A stretch of DNA of 64,000 nt. Origin: Squalus acanthias (lineage: Eukaryota). The stretch spans positions 18,788,001 through 18,852,000 of the forward strand of contig CM059432.1 in the NCBI GenBank assembly GCA_030390025.1. Direction: 5' to 3'. Numbering within the stretch: position 1 is the first letter of the stretch; the number at the start of each line of letters is the position of its first letter. A program made the position numbers and the translations under genes. Below the pieces are notes generated by a model, which was given only the letters and a program-made list of their open reading frames with translations, ran no database searches and was not told where the DNA came from. This document shows positions 1 through 13,537 of the stretch, piece by piece.

Positions 1-988
1 CTAAGTAAGTGGGCAGAGATTTGGCAGATGGAATACAACACTGGAAAGTGTGAGGTGATGCACTTTGGCAGGAAAAATCCTAGAGCAATTTATTATCTTA
101 ATGGCAAGAAACTGGAGAGTACTGAAGTGCAAAGGGATCTGGGGGTCCTGGTGCACGAAACTCAAAAGGTTAGTATGCAGGTGCAGCAAGTGATTAAGAA
201 GGCAAATGGAATGTTGGCTTTCATTGCTAGGGGGATAGAATATAAAAATAGGGAGGTATTGCTTCAGTTGTACAAGGTATTGGTGAGACCGCACCTGGAA
301 TACTGCATACAGTTTTGGTGTCCTTACTTAAGGAAAGACATCCTTGCTCTCGAGGCAGTGCAAAAAAGGTTCACTCGGTTAATCCCGGGGATGAGGGGGT
401 GGTCATATGAGGAGAGGTTGGGTAGATTGGGACTCTACTCATTGGAGTTCAGAAGAATGAGAGGCGATCTTATTGAAACATATAAGATTGTGAAGGGGTT
501 GGATCGGGTGGATGCGGGGAGGATGTTCCCGATGACGGGTGAGACGAGAACTAGGGGACATAGTCTTAGAATAAGGGGCTGCTCTTTCAAAACTGAGATG
601 AGGAGGAACTACTTCACTCAGAGGGTGGTAGGTCCATGGAATATGCTGCCACAAAAAGCTGTAGAAGCTACAACATTAATTAAATTTAAAACAGAAATAG
701 ACAGTTTCCTAGAAGTAAAGGGCATTAAGGGTTACGGGGAGCGGGCAGGAATTTGGACATGAGTCTAGGTTCGGATCGGTCATGGCCCTGTGGGTAGTGG
801 AGCGGGCCCAGGGACTGTGTAGCCTGATTCTGCTCCTATTTCGTGTGTGCAATTCTGTTAGATGCAGGAGATGGTTCTGTGATAGATAGTAGATTGGCGG
901 TTAGGATCAGATCAGCCATGATCTTATTGAATGGCGGAGCAGGCTCGAGGGGCCGATTGGCCTACTCCTGCTCCTATTTCTTATGTTC
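1..988 (+). mobile_element. CR1-clade LINE 3' end (ORF2 C-terminus 28..762 plus 3' UTR and TTATGTTC tail)
   Basis: ORF 28..762 has CR1 motifs [37 protein letters not shown]; the 3' UTR ends GGCCTACTCCTGCTCCTATTTC(TTATGTTC)2. Confidence 0.95.
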
Positions 989-1980
989 TTATGTTCTTAT
1001 TAATATATATCAAGAAAAGTAGTGGTCCTAGTACCGACCCCTGGGGAACACCACTGTATGTCTTCCTCCATTCTGAAAAACAACTGTTCACCACTATTCT
1101 CTGTTTCCTGTCACTTAGCCAATTTCGGATCCATGCTGCCACTGTCCCTTTTATTCCATGGGCTTCAACTTTGCTGGCTAGCCTATTATGTGGCACTTTA
1201 TCAAATGCCTTTTGGTAGTCCATGCACACCACATTAACCCTCTCTGTTACCTCATCAAAAAAAGCAATCAAGTTAGTTCCTCTACACTTCTCAGTATCCT
1301 ACCATTTATTGTGTATTCCCTTGCCTTGTTAGCCCTCCCCAAATGCATTACCTCTGGATTGAATTCCATTTACACCACTTTTCTGCCCACCTGACCAGTT
1401 CATTGATATCCTCCTGCAGTCTACAGCTTTCTTCATCACTATCAATCACACGGTCAATTTTTGTATCATCTGCAAACTTCTTAATCATGCTCCCTACATT
1501 GAAGTCTAAATCACTGATATATACCACAAAAAGCAAGGGACCTAGTACTGAGCCCTGGGGAATCCCTCTGGAAACAGCCTTCCAGTCACAAAAATACCCA
1601 TCGACCATTACCCTTTGCTTCCTGCCACTGAGCTAATTTTGGATCCAACTTGCCACTTTCACCTGGATTCCATGGGCTTTTACTTTTCTGACCAATCTGC
1701 CATGTAGGACCTTGTCAAAAGCCTTGCTAAAATCCACGTAGACTACATCAAACATGCTACCCTCATCGACCCTCCTTGTCACCTTCTAAAAACATTCAAT
1801 CAAGTTAGTCAGACATGATCTTCCCTTAACAAATCCATGCGAACTGTCCTTGATTAATCCGTGCCTTTCTAAATGACGATTAATACTGTCCCTCAGAATT
1901 TTTTCCAATAATTTGTCCATCACTGAGGTTAGGCTGACTGGCCTGTAATTACTCAGTCTATCCCTTTCTCCCTTTTTGGC
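989..1980 (-). mobile_element. Two adjacent degraded CR1 RT fragments (about 989-1271 and 1280-1980)
   Basis: Minus-strand ORFs with QKAFDKVPH, GVPQGSVLGPLLF, FADDTKI, NYRPVSLTS and SCLTNLIE. Confidence 0.9.
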
Positions 1981-2160
1981 CAGTGTCCTAGCCAATATTT
2001 ATCCCTCAGATAAACAGTTATCTCATTGCTGTTTGTGGGACCTTGCATTGTGCAAATTGGCTGCTGCATTTACTGACAAAACAACAATGTTTATACTTCA
2101 GTAATAAATAATTGGCTGTGAAATGCTTTGGGATGTCCTAAAGCTGTGAAAGTCTTTCTT
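1975..2160 (+). mobile_element. 3' half of a DeuSINE/SacSINE1-like SINE
   Basis: GCCAATATTTATCCCTCA...ATTGCTGTTTGTGGGA...AAATTGGCTGC, matching the copy at 2326-2790. Confidence 0.8.
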
Positions 2161-2325
2161 CATCTCTTTATCTATCGTCCTCCAAAGGTGAAGCTGCAAT
2201 CTTTAAACTACGCAATCATTTTTGTGCAATTTCAGGGTAATTCCAACAAGGGGTGGGGCAGAATTTGGTACAGAACTGATACAAAGTGTTTCCAACTGAC
2301 TTAAGAAGCCCAACAAATTGTGCTT

Positions 2326-2790
2326 GTGTCAGCTGTGGCTCAGTGGGCCGCACTCTCGCCTCTGAGTCTAGAAGGTTGCGGGTTCAAGTCCCACTCCAGA
2401 GACTTAAGCACAAAAATCTAGGTTGACACTCCCAGTGCAGTGCTGAGGGGGTGCTGCACTGTCGGAGGTGCCGTCTTTCGGATGAGACGTTAAACCGAGG
2501 CCCCGTCTGCTTTCTCAGGTGGACGTAAAAGTGCCCATGGCACTAATGCGAAGAAGAGCAGGGGATTTCTCCCCGGTATCATGGCCAATATTTATCCCTC
2601 AACCAACATCACTGAAACAGATTATCTGGTCATTATCACATTGCTGTTTGTGGGAGCTTGCTGTGCGCAGATTGGCTGCCGCGTTTCCCACATTACAACA
2701 GTGACTGTGCTTCACTGGCTGTAAAGCGCTTTGAGATGTCCGGTGGTCATGAAAAGCGCTATTTAAATGCAAGCCTTTTTTTCTTTCTTT
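2326..2790 (+). mobile_element. Near full-length tRNA-derived DeuSINE (SacSINE1/AmnSINE1-related)
   Basis: tRNA-like head (GTGGCTCAGTGG, GGTTCAAGTCC), central block GGATGAGACGTTAAACCGAGG...CCCATGGCACTA...GAAGAAGAGCAGGGG, L2-like tail ending AAATGCAAG; family recognised from memory. Confidence 0.85.
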
Positions 2791-4403
2791 TTGAAGTGAT
2801 CTGGAGTTTTTGCTGCTCATTCTGTTACATCAGGGCACCAATTTGGGAGTGTTTCGACGCTGCTCCCTATCTTCCCTGGGAATTCTGAAGGAAGCCGTGG
2901 CCTAATGCACATTGAGCTTGGAATATAACATTGAAACTTCTCCATATATTGGAGAAATCATAATTGTGGGCCCCACTTTTGCCAGCCTGATACCTTGGCA
3001 ATGAAAGTGTGCCTTCACTGGGGGGCAGAGGTGGCGGAATTAGCAGGATTGGTGCTGGGTGATGCCATGCCACAAGTCCAGCCTACTCTAAGCATGGAGG
3101 ATTGGACGGGGTTGAAGGGGGGAGGAAGGAGTGAGCACGAGGAGCACCCATCCTCAACTCCGTATGAACATTAAAAAGCAGCAGAGACCTGGTGGAACCA
3201 GGTCAAGATTGCTTTTCACACTCCTAACTTAGCATAATTTCAGGGCTGCCATTAGCTCATGAGAAAGGCCACAGGACATTCACTAGTACATGTAATATTA
3301 AACTGTAATTATTCAGTGGCTATCACCAATCTTTGGTGAAATTAACAGTAGTGAATTCTGCTTACTTGAGGATGAAATAATTTGAGAACCTGCCCAAGCA
3401 TTGTCCATAAAATAGATAAAGAATAATATTTAGTACTTATTCTTCATGCTCTGTATTTTAAACCAATGTTATTTGAAAGGGCATCTACTGTTAATTGCTG
3501 TTATAAGTGTCTCATTATAGAAGGTCAAAGAAATGACTGTATAAGCCATTTGTGTTTCCATAGAAACACTGCAGCAGTATTTTTTTGATAGCTAATGGCA
3601 TAGTGAGCTCAGTAGGGGTTGGAAATTGGGCGGAGATAATGCTCACTGGACCTCTGCCTAGTATATGTTCCCTAACAACTTCCAGTCTGGTGGAATTTGA
3701 GTACAGGAAGTTTCCACTGCAAATGGTTGGTAGCTTCAGGTTTTAGGCTTAAGGCTGGTTTCGGTTGAGTTAGACCAGCTGAGTTTTTTTTCCCCCAAAA
3801 ATACACTGCTGAGAAAATTCTTTAATGAATTCCGCCCTTACCAATGTGACTGAAGTCCCCCCTGCCTTTGTCGTTCCCTCCTCATTGTGACCGTACTACA
3901 AGCCCTGACACCCGACCTTTAGGCCAGCTTGGCATCTGACTGGAGTGAGTGGGTAGCAACTGGCCGATCAAGTGCAGTTACTCGTTGAATATTTGGCCAT
4001 TTCGCTGCTGGTTTCGATCAGTTGTCACTCCGCTCCTCAGTCACTTTCTCCTCAGTCCGGACTGAAGTTCTGTTTCCCATATTTTGATTTTTAAATCCGG
4101 GACAGACAAGGAACAGGAGACTTGAACTCAGACAATGAGGGCCTGTATTACAGTTGGGAGTTTTCAGGAAGACTCGCCATTTCACTATCACAAAAATCGA
4201 GGACTGGAGTACGTTTTGTCAGCTGTTACTGCTGTTGTTCCATTCCTCCGGGTAATGACTTCACACGTGAAATCAATCAATATGTCAACTATTTTATTTT
4301 AAGAATGAGATTGATAGGAATGGCCAGACCTAGTCCTTCTAAGTTAACCTCCTCACTTAGTTAACTATTTTGACCAGTCTGGTTGGTGGTCATGTTAGAG
4401 GGA

Positions 4404-4770
4404 AAATAGGAGCAGTAGTAGGCCATTCAGTCCATCGATCCTGTTTTACCATTCAATTAGATCATGGCTGATCTATAACTTAACTCCATCTACCCGCCTT
4501 GGTTCTGTAACCCTTAATACCCTTGCCTAACAAAAATCTATCAATCTTAGTTTTGAAATTTTCAACAGCTTTTTTGGGGAAGAGAGTTATAGATTTCCGT
4601 TACCCTTTGTGTGAAGATGTGCTTCCTGACATCACCCCTGAATGGCTTAGCTCTAATTTGAGGGTTATGCCCCCTTGTTCTGGACTCTCCCACCAGAGGA
4701 AATAGTTTCACAGTATCTACCCTATAAAACTCTTTAATCATTTTAAACACCTCAATTAGAACACCACTTC
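4404..4770 (-). mobile_element. CR1 LINE 3' fragment
   Basis: ORF 4562..4750 LFPLVGESRTRGH...FTQRV...NSLPQ plus CR1 3' UTR. Confidence 0.9.
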
Positions 4771-6158
4771 ATCATATATATATTAAAAAGACCAGAACTT
4801 GAGTCTTCTGTTATTTGCACAGCTTTTAAGACCATGTAACTTCCCCCCACTCCCACCTCAGCTCTTTATACATGGCATATCTACCCCTGAGCATTCATAC
4901 TGTCAGTGCCGATATTACTTCAACGTCTCAGTGACATTGTTGCCGAAGTAGCTACAGCTCAGTAGGTGCGCACAGTGCACCCTGGTCATAGTCATACTGA
5001 TCAGGCCAAAACACTACAAATTCCTACGAGCAAGTCATTAACATTTGGCTTTTATAAAACAGATTTTATTTTTTTGAATTATTTTTTTTGCTCACTTTTT
5101 CTAAAGATCATAAAGTGAGTAGCAATGAGACCGACAAAGCCTACCTCCCCGGCTTTTCAGTTTTAACATTTGCCTCCACAGACCTGGCTGCTAAAACCGC
5201 TCCTGATGAATTAGTTGTGTATCTTCATGCATGTTTTAATGCCCTCTAAATATAGGACAAGTTGTACACTGGTGTGACGTATTGTGTTTCTATGGAAATG
5301 GCATCCCCGAACAGGGACTTGTGCAATGATTTTAAAATAATTTTGTTAGTGCTTTCTAATAAGACGCTTTAACAGTTAAAAATAAGTAGACTTCATCGAA
5401 ATAACAGATGCAAAAAGGCCAAAACAAGTACTGGAACACAAGCATTATAGTTGTGACTTGGGAAGAGTACTAAGTAGAAACAAGAAAGAACATGTACAAG
5501 CTGCTCAAACCTATTCTCTACACAACCCTTCTAATCTCCTGAGAACAGGTTGTGTAGTGAGGTAACTGAAACAGAAACTCCACAATAGGTGTCCTAACCT
5601 TGCCTTCGACATCCTTGAGTTGCTGACTTAGACATGACAGTTCCATGGTTCCAGCAGCTCAGGAATCATCATGCTCCGTCTCTTGCTCTATTTCTATTTA
5701 TCATTATAACCTTCGATCCCGCTCCTAACCAACTCATGTTTTAAAAGGTGTTAATTAATACAGCATTTACTGCCTATTTCACAAATCCTTCTATTCTGCA
5801 TGGAAAAAAAAATCGATCCTGGTGATGAAGTGAAGAATGCCTTCAAGTAATGGATGTAAAATTAACTGTACTTTCTGCCGGCAATCACCTACTTGCTCTT
5901 CAACATTGTTATACTGAAAATGTTCCAAAATTAATTCTATTACGTTTTAGAACTGTCCAGAAGCAAACAATGGCTGTCATTTGGAAATGTTGTCCGAATG
6001 CTCCCATCGTGTAATCTGGAAGATGTTTTGACTCTCCATTTTAGTGTTGCTAGCACTTCCAATGAAGAATCCATTCAGCTAGGGCTAACTTATTATTAGA
6101 GTTTTTGCAGAACAGTATATGGGCTTCAAAAAAAATCACTTTTCAAAGAAGTAAGCAA

Positions 6159-6911
6159 TGGCTCAGAATTTGCCGTCAGTGGCAAAGCGACAGCGCTCAC
6201 CATTGACCTTGAAGAAAAATGCCCACAAAGATCTAGCGATCTCTGTGGCATGAATTTCAGCTCTCGCAATGTTAATTTCATGCTGGCATCAAGTCTAGGA
6301 GAATCTCCAGCGTCCAACAACAGTGATGTCATCAAGCTAGCTAAGCAGCCAATCACATTGAAATATTCTCAGAGAGCAAACCAGGAAGTAAAAAGCACTG
6401 ATTTTCCTTCACTTTTTAATCATTTTAGAGAGTGAAATAAAGATTGGGATATACACATGGGATTAAGGAAGAAGCTGAAATATCATAAACAAACTTTAAA
6501 AAAATATGATATTAAAAAACATGGAAATTTTTAAATTTAAAATTCCACAAATATAAAATTTGTTTTTCAGGGCCAGAATGGTTGTTCAGCCATAATTATG
6601 AATCAGTACACCATTAAAAACCCAGTTAAACTTCATTCAACAAAGCTTCACTTTTTCAGGGTTTTTTTAAGAGCGATATGACAGGGTAAAAGCTTAAGTT
6701 CTCGTCAGTTCAGTGATTTCTCAAAGATTGCCGGCTCCGGGGAGTTCAAAAGCGCACCCTATGGAGAAGCATAGAATCACTGACAGCAATTTCTGCATTT
6801 CCGCATTTATGTGCGCATGTGCTATCTCCAGAACTTGCTGTTAGTTTCAGAGGGGTAATGATGGCGAATGCTAACAGTTTCGCCATCATTACCACCGCAA
6901 AATCCGGGCCA
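6159..6911. mobile_element. Non-autonomous TIR DNA transposon (MITE), probably Harbinger-type
   Basis: Imperfect TIRs TGGCTCAGAATTTGC / GCAAAATCCGGGCCA; right end resembles that of 19750-20505. Confidence 0.6.
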
Positions 6912-7324
6912 TTCTGTCAAAATGATTGGATTCCCTTACAAAGGGGACATGTGCCATCAAGAATGTCACCATCTGTCATTACTGGAATAATTCATTACAC
7001 ATGTTCCCATATTTGATTCTCAGCCTGCGTAATAAAAGATAGTTTTAGCCCTCTAAAGTTAATGAAACTCAAACACATTAAAGGCCCAGTAATCCCCTTT
7101 TAAATTGCCATTCAATTCTATTTTTATCTATGATTTCTACTTTTTTTTTGGATCAGAGTCATTCCTCATTCCTTGACTCACAGCCAACCTAAAGAAAACA
7201 CTTGCGGTTAGATAGCATCTCATCAGGTCTCTCAGGACATCCCTAAGCACTTCATTTATGACAGACTACTTTGAAGTACAGTCACTATTGTTATGAGGGC
7301 AACAGTTTTGCGCACAGCAAAGTT

Positions 7325-7675
7325 CCCTCCCTATCTCTGTAACCTCCTCCATCCCTACAACCTGCCGAGATCTCTGCGCTCCTCTAATTCTGGCCTGTTG
7401 CGCATCCCCGATTTTAATCGCTCCAACATTGACGGCCGTGCCTTCAGCTACCTAGGTCCTAGGCTCTGGAATTCCCTCCCTAAACATCTGCACCTCTCCA
7501 ACTCTCTCTCCTCCGTTAAGACGCTCCTTAAAACCTACCTCTTTGACCGAGCTTTTGGTCACCTGTCCTAATATCTTTGTATGTGGCTCGGTGTCAAATT
7601 TTTCTGATAAGTCTCCTGTGAAGCGCCCTGGGACATTTTTACTGTTAAAGCCTCTTCATAAATGCAAGTTGTTGT
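7325..7675 (+). mobile_element. L2-clade LINE 3' end, inserted in a minus-strand DeuSINE remnant (about 7190-7750)
   Basis: ORF PPYLCNLL..Y...RSLRS...GRAFSYLGPRLWNSLP...LLKTYLF is the typical L2 ORF2 C-terminus; tail ends AAATGCAAGTTGTTGTT. Confidence 0.88.
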
Positions 7676-8675
7676 TCCAACGAGATGAATGACCAGCTAA
7701 TCTGTTTTTGCTGATGTTGGTTGTGGCAGGAATGTTAGACAGGACACTGATGTAAACCCACCCACCATGTATATCCAATAAGGCTCCCTCCAGGAAAATG
7801 CTGTGAATTCCTTATGGAATCACATAGACGGATGGAAGTCCCGCCTCATTTCCAAACTGCCAATCTGAGGGAAATCTACCCCAAAAGGTACCCTTTGCTC
7901 ATAAGATTTGTTCAGTTCAATGTTTTCACCTTTACACTCAAACCTGCATGGATCAACACAGTCTTACCACTGTGTCTAAGAATACAACTTTATTATCCAG
8001 CTCTCTGCCCAATGCATCAAAATCATCTTCTCTTGGAAAGAGTGTATTGATTTTTTAAAATAAAACATTTTTTTAAATTGCAGTTGAAATTGAACCAGAG
8101 GTATGATTTAATGGAAGCTTCAGCCAAAGAATAGGTCTGCGGTGCCTGTTATGGTTTATCAGTGTTTCCCCTGCAGGCACATATAAATTTTATTTTAAAC
8201 TGACAAAACAAAAAATTCTTGTCCTGCGAGCTGAACTATGATGAAGAAAAACAAATACCAACGTATCTTCTGAGAAACAGTGGCGGTTTTAACCCTATGC
8301 GCTCAGCAGAAACCTGGCGGGTGGGCAGTTAAAATCGCCCTGGCTCTTACCTGTCCGAAAGCCGCCATGATCGTAGCATCTGCAATTTTAACCTGCTCTC
8401 CTGAGCAGGCAGCAAGGACACGCGCCCGGAGCCAACAGGGTCCTTCTTTACATATGCATGTTGCGGGCCCGATGACATCATTGAGACCCGACTAATTTTA
8501 ACTCAGGCCTGAGCGGGGAATCCACCTGGAAATAAAATCGGGGCCTCTAGAATTAAAACCGAATGAGGGTACAAATTGCTGGAAGTAACTTTGGGGTTGA
8601 ATGAAGTTATTAAGGCCTTAAATACTAAAAATGTTCATGCACAGTAAAATAATAGTGGACAGCTGTGAACACTAC

Positions 8676-9448
8676 GGGCTGGATTTTGCCAATGGGGAGC
8701 TTTTGGAGGCGGGACTCCCACTTGTCGGGTTTAAGTCCTGCCTCCATCAACTTCTGGCCAACCCACGCTATTTTCCCTTGATTGACCTTGTTAAGCCTGC
8801 CCAGTGGGCTTAGCAGGCCAATTAAGGGAAAGCCGGTTACAGAGAATGTCAACGTATGACGTTTCATCTGTCAAAAATTTTTGACAGATGAATTGTCATC
8901 GTTTGACAGCTCTGTGAAGCTGTCAAACACTGACATTCTCTGTAGTTTGATGAGTTCTTGAATTCAAGACCTCGTCAAACCTCTTTCTTTTGAAGAAATT
9001 AGATGCTTTTTGCATTCTCCAATGCAATGGCCATCTGTCATCTCTGCCACGGAGGTGCGAGACACTCCGCATACCCACCGATTGAAGCCTGCAGGAAGAA
9101 ACAAAGGTAAGTAAACTTTTTTTAACACTTTCCACTGACCTCACACACTCACCTCTCCACACTTGCACCCATCACTTACCTCCACTGACCCCTCCGACCC
9201 CCGCAGACCCACTACTCGCCTCGGTGACCCTGGCGGGGTTCGGAGCCTTCGGGAAGCCCTGCACTTGTGTGGGCGAAATAGGGATAATCCTCTTATCTGC
9301 CTGTTAACTACCTGTCATCTACCCACCTCCTGACAAGATGGCACGGAGGCGGGTTGGGCACGGGTTCGGCACCCGCCCCCAAATTCTGCCATTTTCCCGG
9401 CAGTCCCGCCTCCATACCCACCTCCCCAGGGCTGGCAAGATCGTGCCC
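8676..9448. mobile_element. Harbinger-type MITE
   Basis: TIRs GGGCTGGATTTTGCCA / TGGCAAGATCGTGCCC with 3-bp TSD TAC (8673-8675, 9449-9451). Confidence 0.8.
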
Positions 9449-9784
9449 TACAGTTTTAGTGACACCTTTGTTTCTCACAACTGAAACCTATTTTGGAAGT
9501 CGCTAACCTCGAACTTCAACAGAAGATTTGACGCATGCAGCACAGGTTTTCGGGCTGTCATCGACCATCAGAAAATCTATCCCTTTGACTACGCCTTTGG
9601 TCATCTCCCCTAGCTCTTCCCCTAACTCCTCCTTGTGTCCATTTACCCCTCACCCCATGTGGAAGGTGCTGTTTTTTTGTGTTACTGTCTTGGCATTGCA
9701 GCTGTATCGTACTGCTTGGTATTGTGTGCTGTTTTCAGTTGCGTTGCACTGTTGCTCTATATTGTGTTGTTGGGGAAACTGCAG

Positions 9785-10118
9785 TGCAGCAACTCATCAA
9801 GGCTACTTCAGCAGCACCTGCTGAATCCATGATCTCCACCACCTAGAAGGACAAGGGCAGCAGGCGCATGGGAACACCACCACCTCCAAGTTCCCCTCCA
9901 AGTCACACACCATCCTGACTTGGAAATATATCACCGTCCCTTCATCGTCACTGGGTCAAAATGCTGGAACTCCCGACCAAACAGTATTGTGGGAGTACCT
10001 TCACCACACAGTCTGCAGCAGTTCAAGAAGGCGGCTCACCACCATCTTCTCAAGGGCAACTAGGGATGGGCAACAGCCTTGCCAGCGATGCCCACAGCCC
10101 AAGAACTAATAAAAACAT
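9785..10118 (+). mobile_element. 3' end of a divergent CR1/L2-group LINE
   Basis: Decayed WNS(L)PN...FKKAAHHHLL-type coding end; its tail is shared with the SINE at 28319. Confidence 0.7.
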
Positions 10119-10136
10119 TCTAAGTGTAAACCCTGG

Positions 10137-10455
10137 GGCAGAAAAGTGGCAAATGCAATTCAATCGGAGAAGTGTGAGGTAATTTGGGGAGGGCTAACAA
10201 GGCAAGGGAATACACAATAAATGGCAGGATACTGAGATGTGTAGAGGAACAGAGGGACCTTGGAGTGCATGTCCACAGATCACTGAAGGTAACAGGACAG
10301 GTAGATAAGGTGGTTAAGAAGGCATGTGGGATATATTCCTTTATTAGCTGAGGCATAGAATATAAAAGCAGGGAGTTTATGCTTGCACTGTATAAAACAC
10401 TAGTTAGGCTGCAGCTAGAGTACTGTGTACAGTTCTGGTCAGCACGTTACAGGAT
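10137..10455 (+). mobile_element. CR1 LINE internal fragment
   Basis: AEKWQMQFN and [18 protein letters not shown]. Confidence 0.88.
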
Positions 10456-11500
10456 TGGTGAAGCAAGTAAGCTGGATCGGCTGGCTAAGTGGAAAGGCAC
10501 TTACCTCCTGAATCCAGCTGTCCTCGCCTCCCTATTTAAATATTTAAATTGCCAACCCACCTCCTGGGAGTGGGTTGGTTGCCCGCCCCCCCTGCCCCGC
10601 CTCCATTAAAACCGGAAGTGGGAGGGTTGGTGTCGGGATTCAGATTATTAACACTTTAACCTCCCATCTGATCCAAACCGGCCCATTTTGTGGAGTTAAA
10701 ATTCCCCCCGTTGTGTATCCGCACGAACACCATCTGGATAGCAGGGCATGCGGGCACTAGTTAATGTAAAACCTTTTTAAAGATTATCCAAGTGGACCGA
10801 TGCACAGTAGAATCCTTAATATGGCACTCTAGAAACAGAATTTGATACATTAAAGTTTAAAGTTGTACTTCTGGCTGGGAGAACTTACCGTTGTACATAA
10901 CAAAGCCTGGAACTAGAGAGGCCACTTAATCCAACTGTTTCTAAAAGATTATTTACGTGAACTCCTCAAAGAAAAAAGATCTTCAGATTTCTAGAGTTGC
11001 TTGAAGTTTTCCAATTTCATATTTGTGCCCTCGTATTCTGCGATGACAGAATAACATATCACAGCTTAATTTAACTGGCTTGCTTTTAAATTCATTATAC
11101 ATGCCTTCATCATTTTAAAAACCTGGATCACATAAATTCTTAGGGCTAGAAATTCATTATAGCCCAGGAATGGGCATTATAATTAGAAAAGTTTGAGAAT
11201 TAGTGCCAGGCACTAATGCTTTAGACTGCATGCAAAATTAATGCTCACGGCTCAAAGAAATGATAGGAGCACTAATTCAAGTCTTAAATCCCAAGCGCAT
11301 TGGTGTTACACTTAAAGGGGGGACCAATATCAGGTGCAGTCTAATCGCAAGACATGATTGCCACAGGCTTTTTCCAGTTCTTAAAGGGGAGGTTCTTGAT
11401 GCTGCAGAACCTCAGTCTCAGCATTGCTTGCTGTGCAGCTGCCTCAGCAAGCAGCAGCAGGTTAAGGAGAAGGAGCCAGAGGACTGAAGCAACTGTACTC

Positions 11501-13372
11501 ATGCCAGATCCACACCCCAGGGAGAGAGACCGCAGATTCTGCAATCAAGCATTGGATGTGTTGATGTTCACTGTAGAGAGATGGAGGGCGGTGCTCTACC
11601 CGGCAAATGGCAGGAGGCCCTCGCCGCAGGTCTTCCGCATCATGTGGAGGGAGGTAGCCCAGCACGTCTCGGGCAGCACTGTGCTCCCCAGGACCCACAC
11701 AGAGTGCAGGAAGAAATTTAATGACCTCACTCGGGTGGTCAGGGTGAGTCAATGCTTCAACAAATGCTACATACCACCATCTGAACCACAGTCTTCACAC
11801 ACTGCCCAAAGCACCAGACTGCCAGCACTCACCCACCAACAATCTCTACCTACCAACACTCACACCCACATCTCACACCTTGTACACAATGACAGCTATT
11901 CAACTATGGCAGGCACATCACCCAACCACATTGCTCCACACTCACTCATACATTTTCCTTTCTCTTGCAGGCCAAGGTGGCTCACAACAGGAGGGAGCAG
12001 GAGAGCACAGGCGGGGGACAAGCCGACACCCAACCACTGTCTGCGCTGGAGAATGGAGTGCTGCAGATTATTGGGCACCAGGCAGTGGGCGCATGGCCAC
12101 TGGCGACGTTGACCTCCTTGGGGACAACAACGGTATGTTCATCCCTACTCCTTCTTCTCACATCCCACTTCCCCCTCACCCCACAAGCGTTTTGCACTTT
12201 CCCGCTAATCATGCTGTATGCATGCAGTATTCCCTTCCTGCACCCTCCCCTCACCTTAACCCAACTCTTGTGCCTTTATGTTTTCAGATAATGAACAAGC
12301 ACCTGAGCAGCCTGTCCCTGAGGGCACCGTGGAGAGCAAGGCGGGAGAAGAGGAGGAGGAAGAACACACCACGTCACTGCATGTCTCACCTGCAGGCACC
12401 AGCTCAGATACTGGCACTACGTGTTCTTTAGAGGCTAGTATAGTAGCGGGATCTGCACAGGGTGAGGCACCAGGGACGAGTGGGCTGCAGCAAGGCCAGG
12501 GGGAACGGGTAGCCTGGAGGGCGAGTTGGCATGCGTGTGCTGCTACACAGGATTCAGATGAGGAACTCGATGGGGAGGCCTTTAGAAGAAGGGTGATGGG
12601 CATGCACACGGAGATGATAGGTGCATTGGCAAGGGTGCCCGGGAGCTTCTTAGCAATGATAAGGAGCGCGGAGGAGTCTGCCTCCAAAATTGCACAAGGC
12701 TCTGTGCAGAGCACAGAGCCCATCATTTCCAGTCTGTAAAGGATGGTAGACTCCCAGAGAGACTGTGGCGACCCAGACCTGATACCACGTGTGATGGGCG
12801 ATCTGGCAGCTTCTAGTGCAGCACAGGCGGAAGCGACGCAATGTCTTAGTGCTATAATGCAGTCTATGCTTGGTGGCATCCAATCTCAGACTGCTCTCAT
12901 GTAGTCTCAGCTTGATGCCACGCAAGCTCTGACTGCTTCCATCATGGCTGGGTCTACCACTGTCAACCGGGGCTTTCACGGTGTCGCAGCAGGCCAGCAA
13001 TCTGTGGTGCAACAGATTGCTAGGGATGCTGAGGTGCTGCACCGGGGGAGTGGCAGTGAGTCAGAGGAGCAGGAACCTGCTGTCCTCTCTCAGGATGACA
13101 GCATTCCTGCTCCCACCACTGCCACTCCGCCATTGCCCTTGTCGCTGCCTGTCATCCAGCCAGCCGTGACTGCTGCCGCCGATGCTGAGGTGGTGCTGTC
13201 TATAGCCGGGCCTTTCAGGCGTCCTGCAAGGCCATTTGAAGTCTCCTGCACAGACACTCAGCAGCCTTCCACCAGCCCTGCTGCAGCCATTGGGCCAACA
13301 CTTTGTAGGAGCACTAGAGTAGGCAAAGGCACAGTAACGACAGGCACTAAGGGATTGCACAAGGGTGAGTAG
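11501..13372 (+). pseudogene. Harbinger Myb/SANT-like (NAIF1-like) DNA-binding protein gene; predicted exons 11501-11743, 11971-12132, 12288-13372
   Basis: MPDPHPRERDRRF...WREVAQHVS...RTHTECRKKFNDL; splice sites GTGAGT (11744), TTGCAG (ends 11970), GTATGT (12133), TTTCAG (ends 12287); one frameshift in exon 2 and two in-frame stops in exon 3. Confidence 0.85.
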
Positions 13373-13537
13373 TTAATATTTTTGTTGTAAATGTGTGTTC
13401 ACTGATTTTGGATAAATTTATTAATTCAGTTTGGATTCTTTTGTGGTGTGTCTCATTTCAGCTTTGCTCTGTGATATGGCCTGCGACAAGGATGGAATGA
13501 TGGGAATGTGGTGAGCAACGGGGATCTCGGGTTTAAT

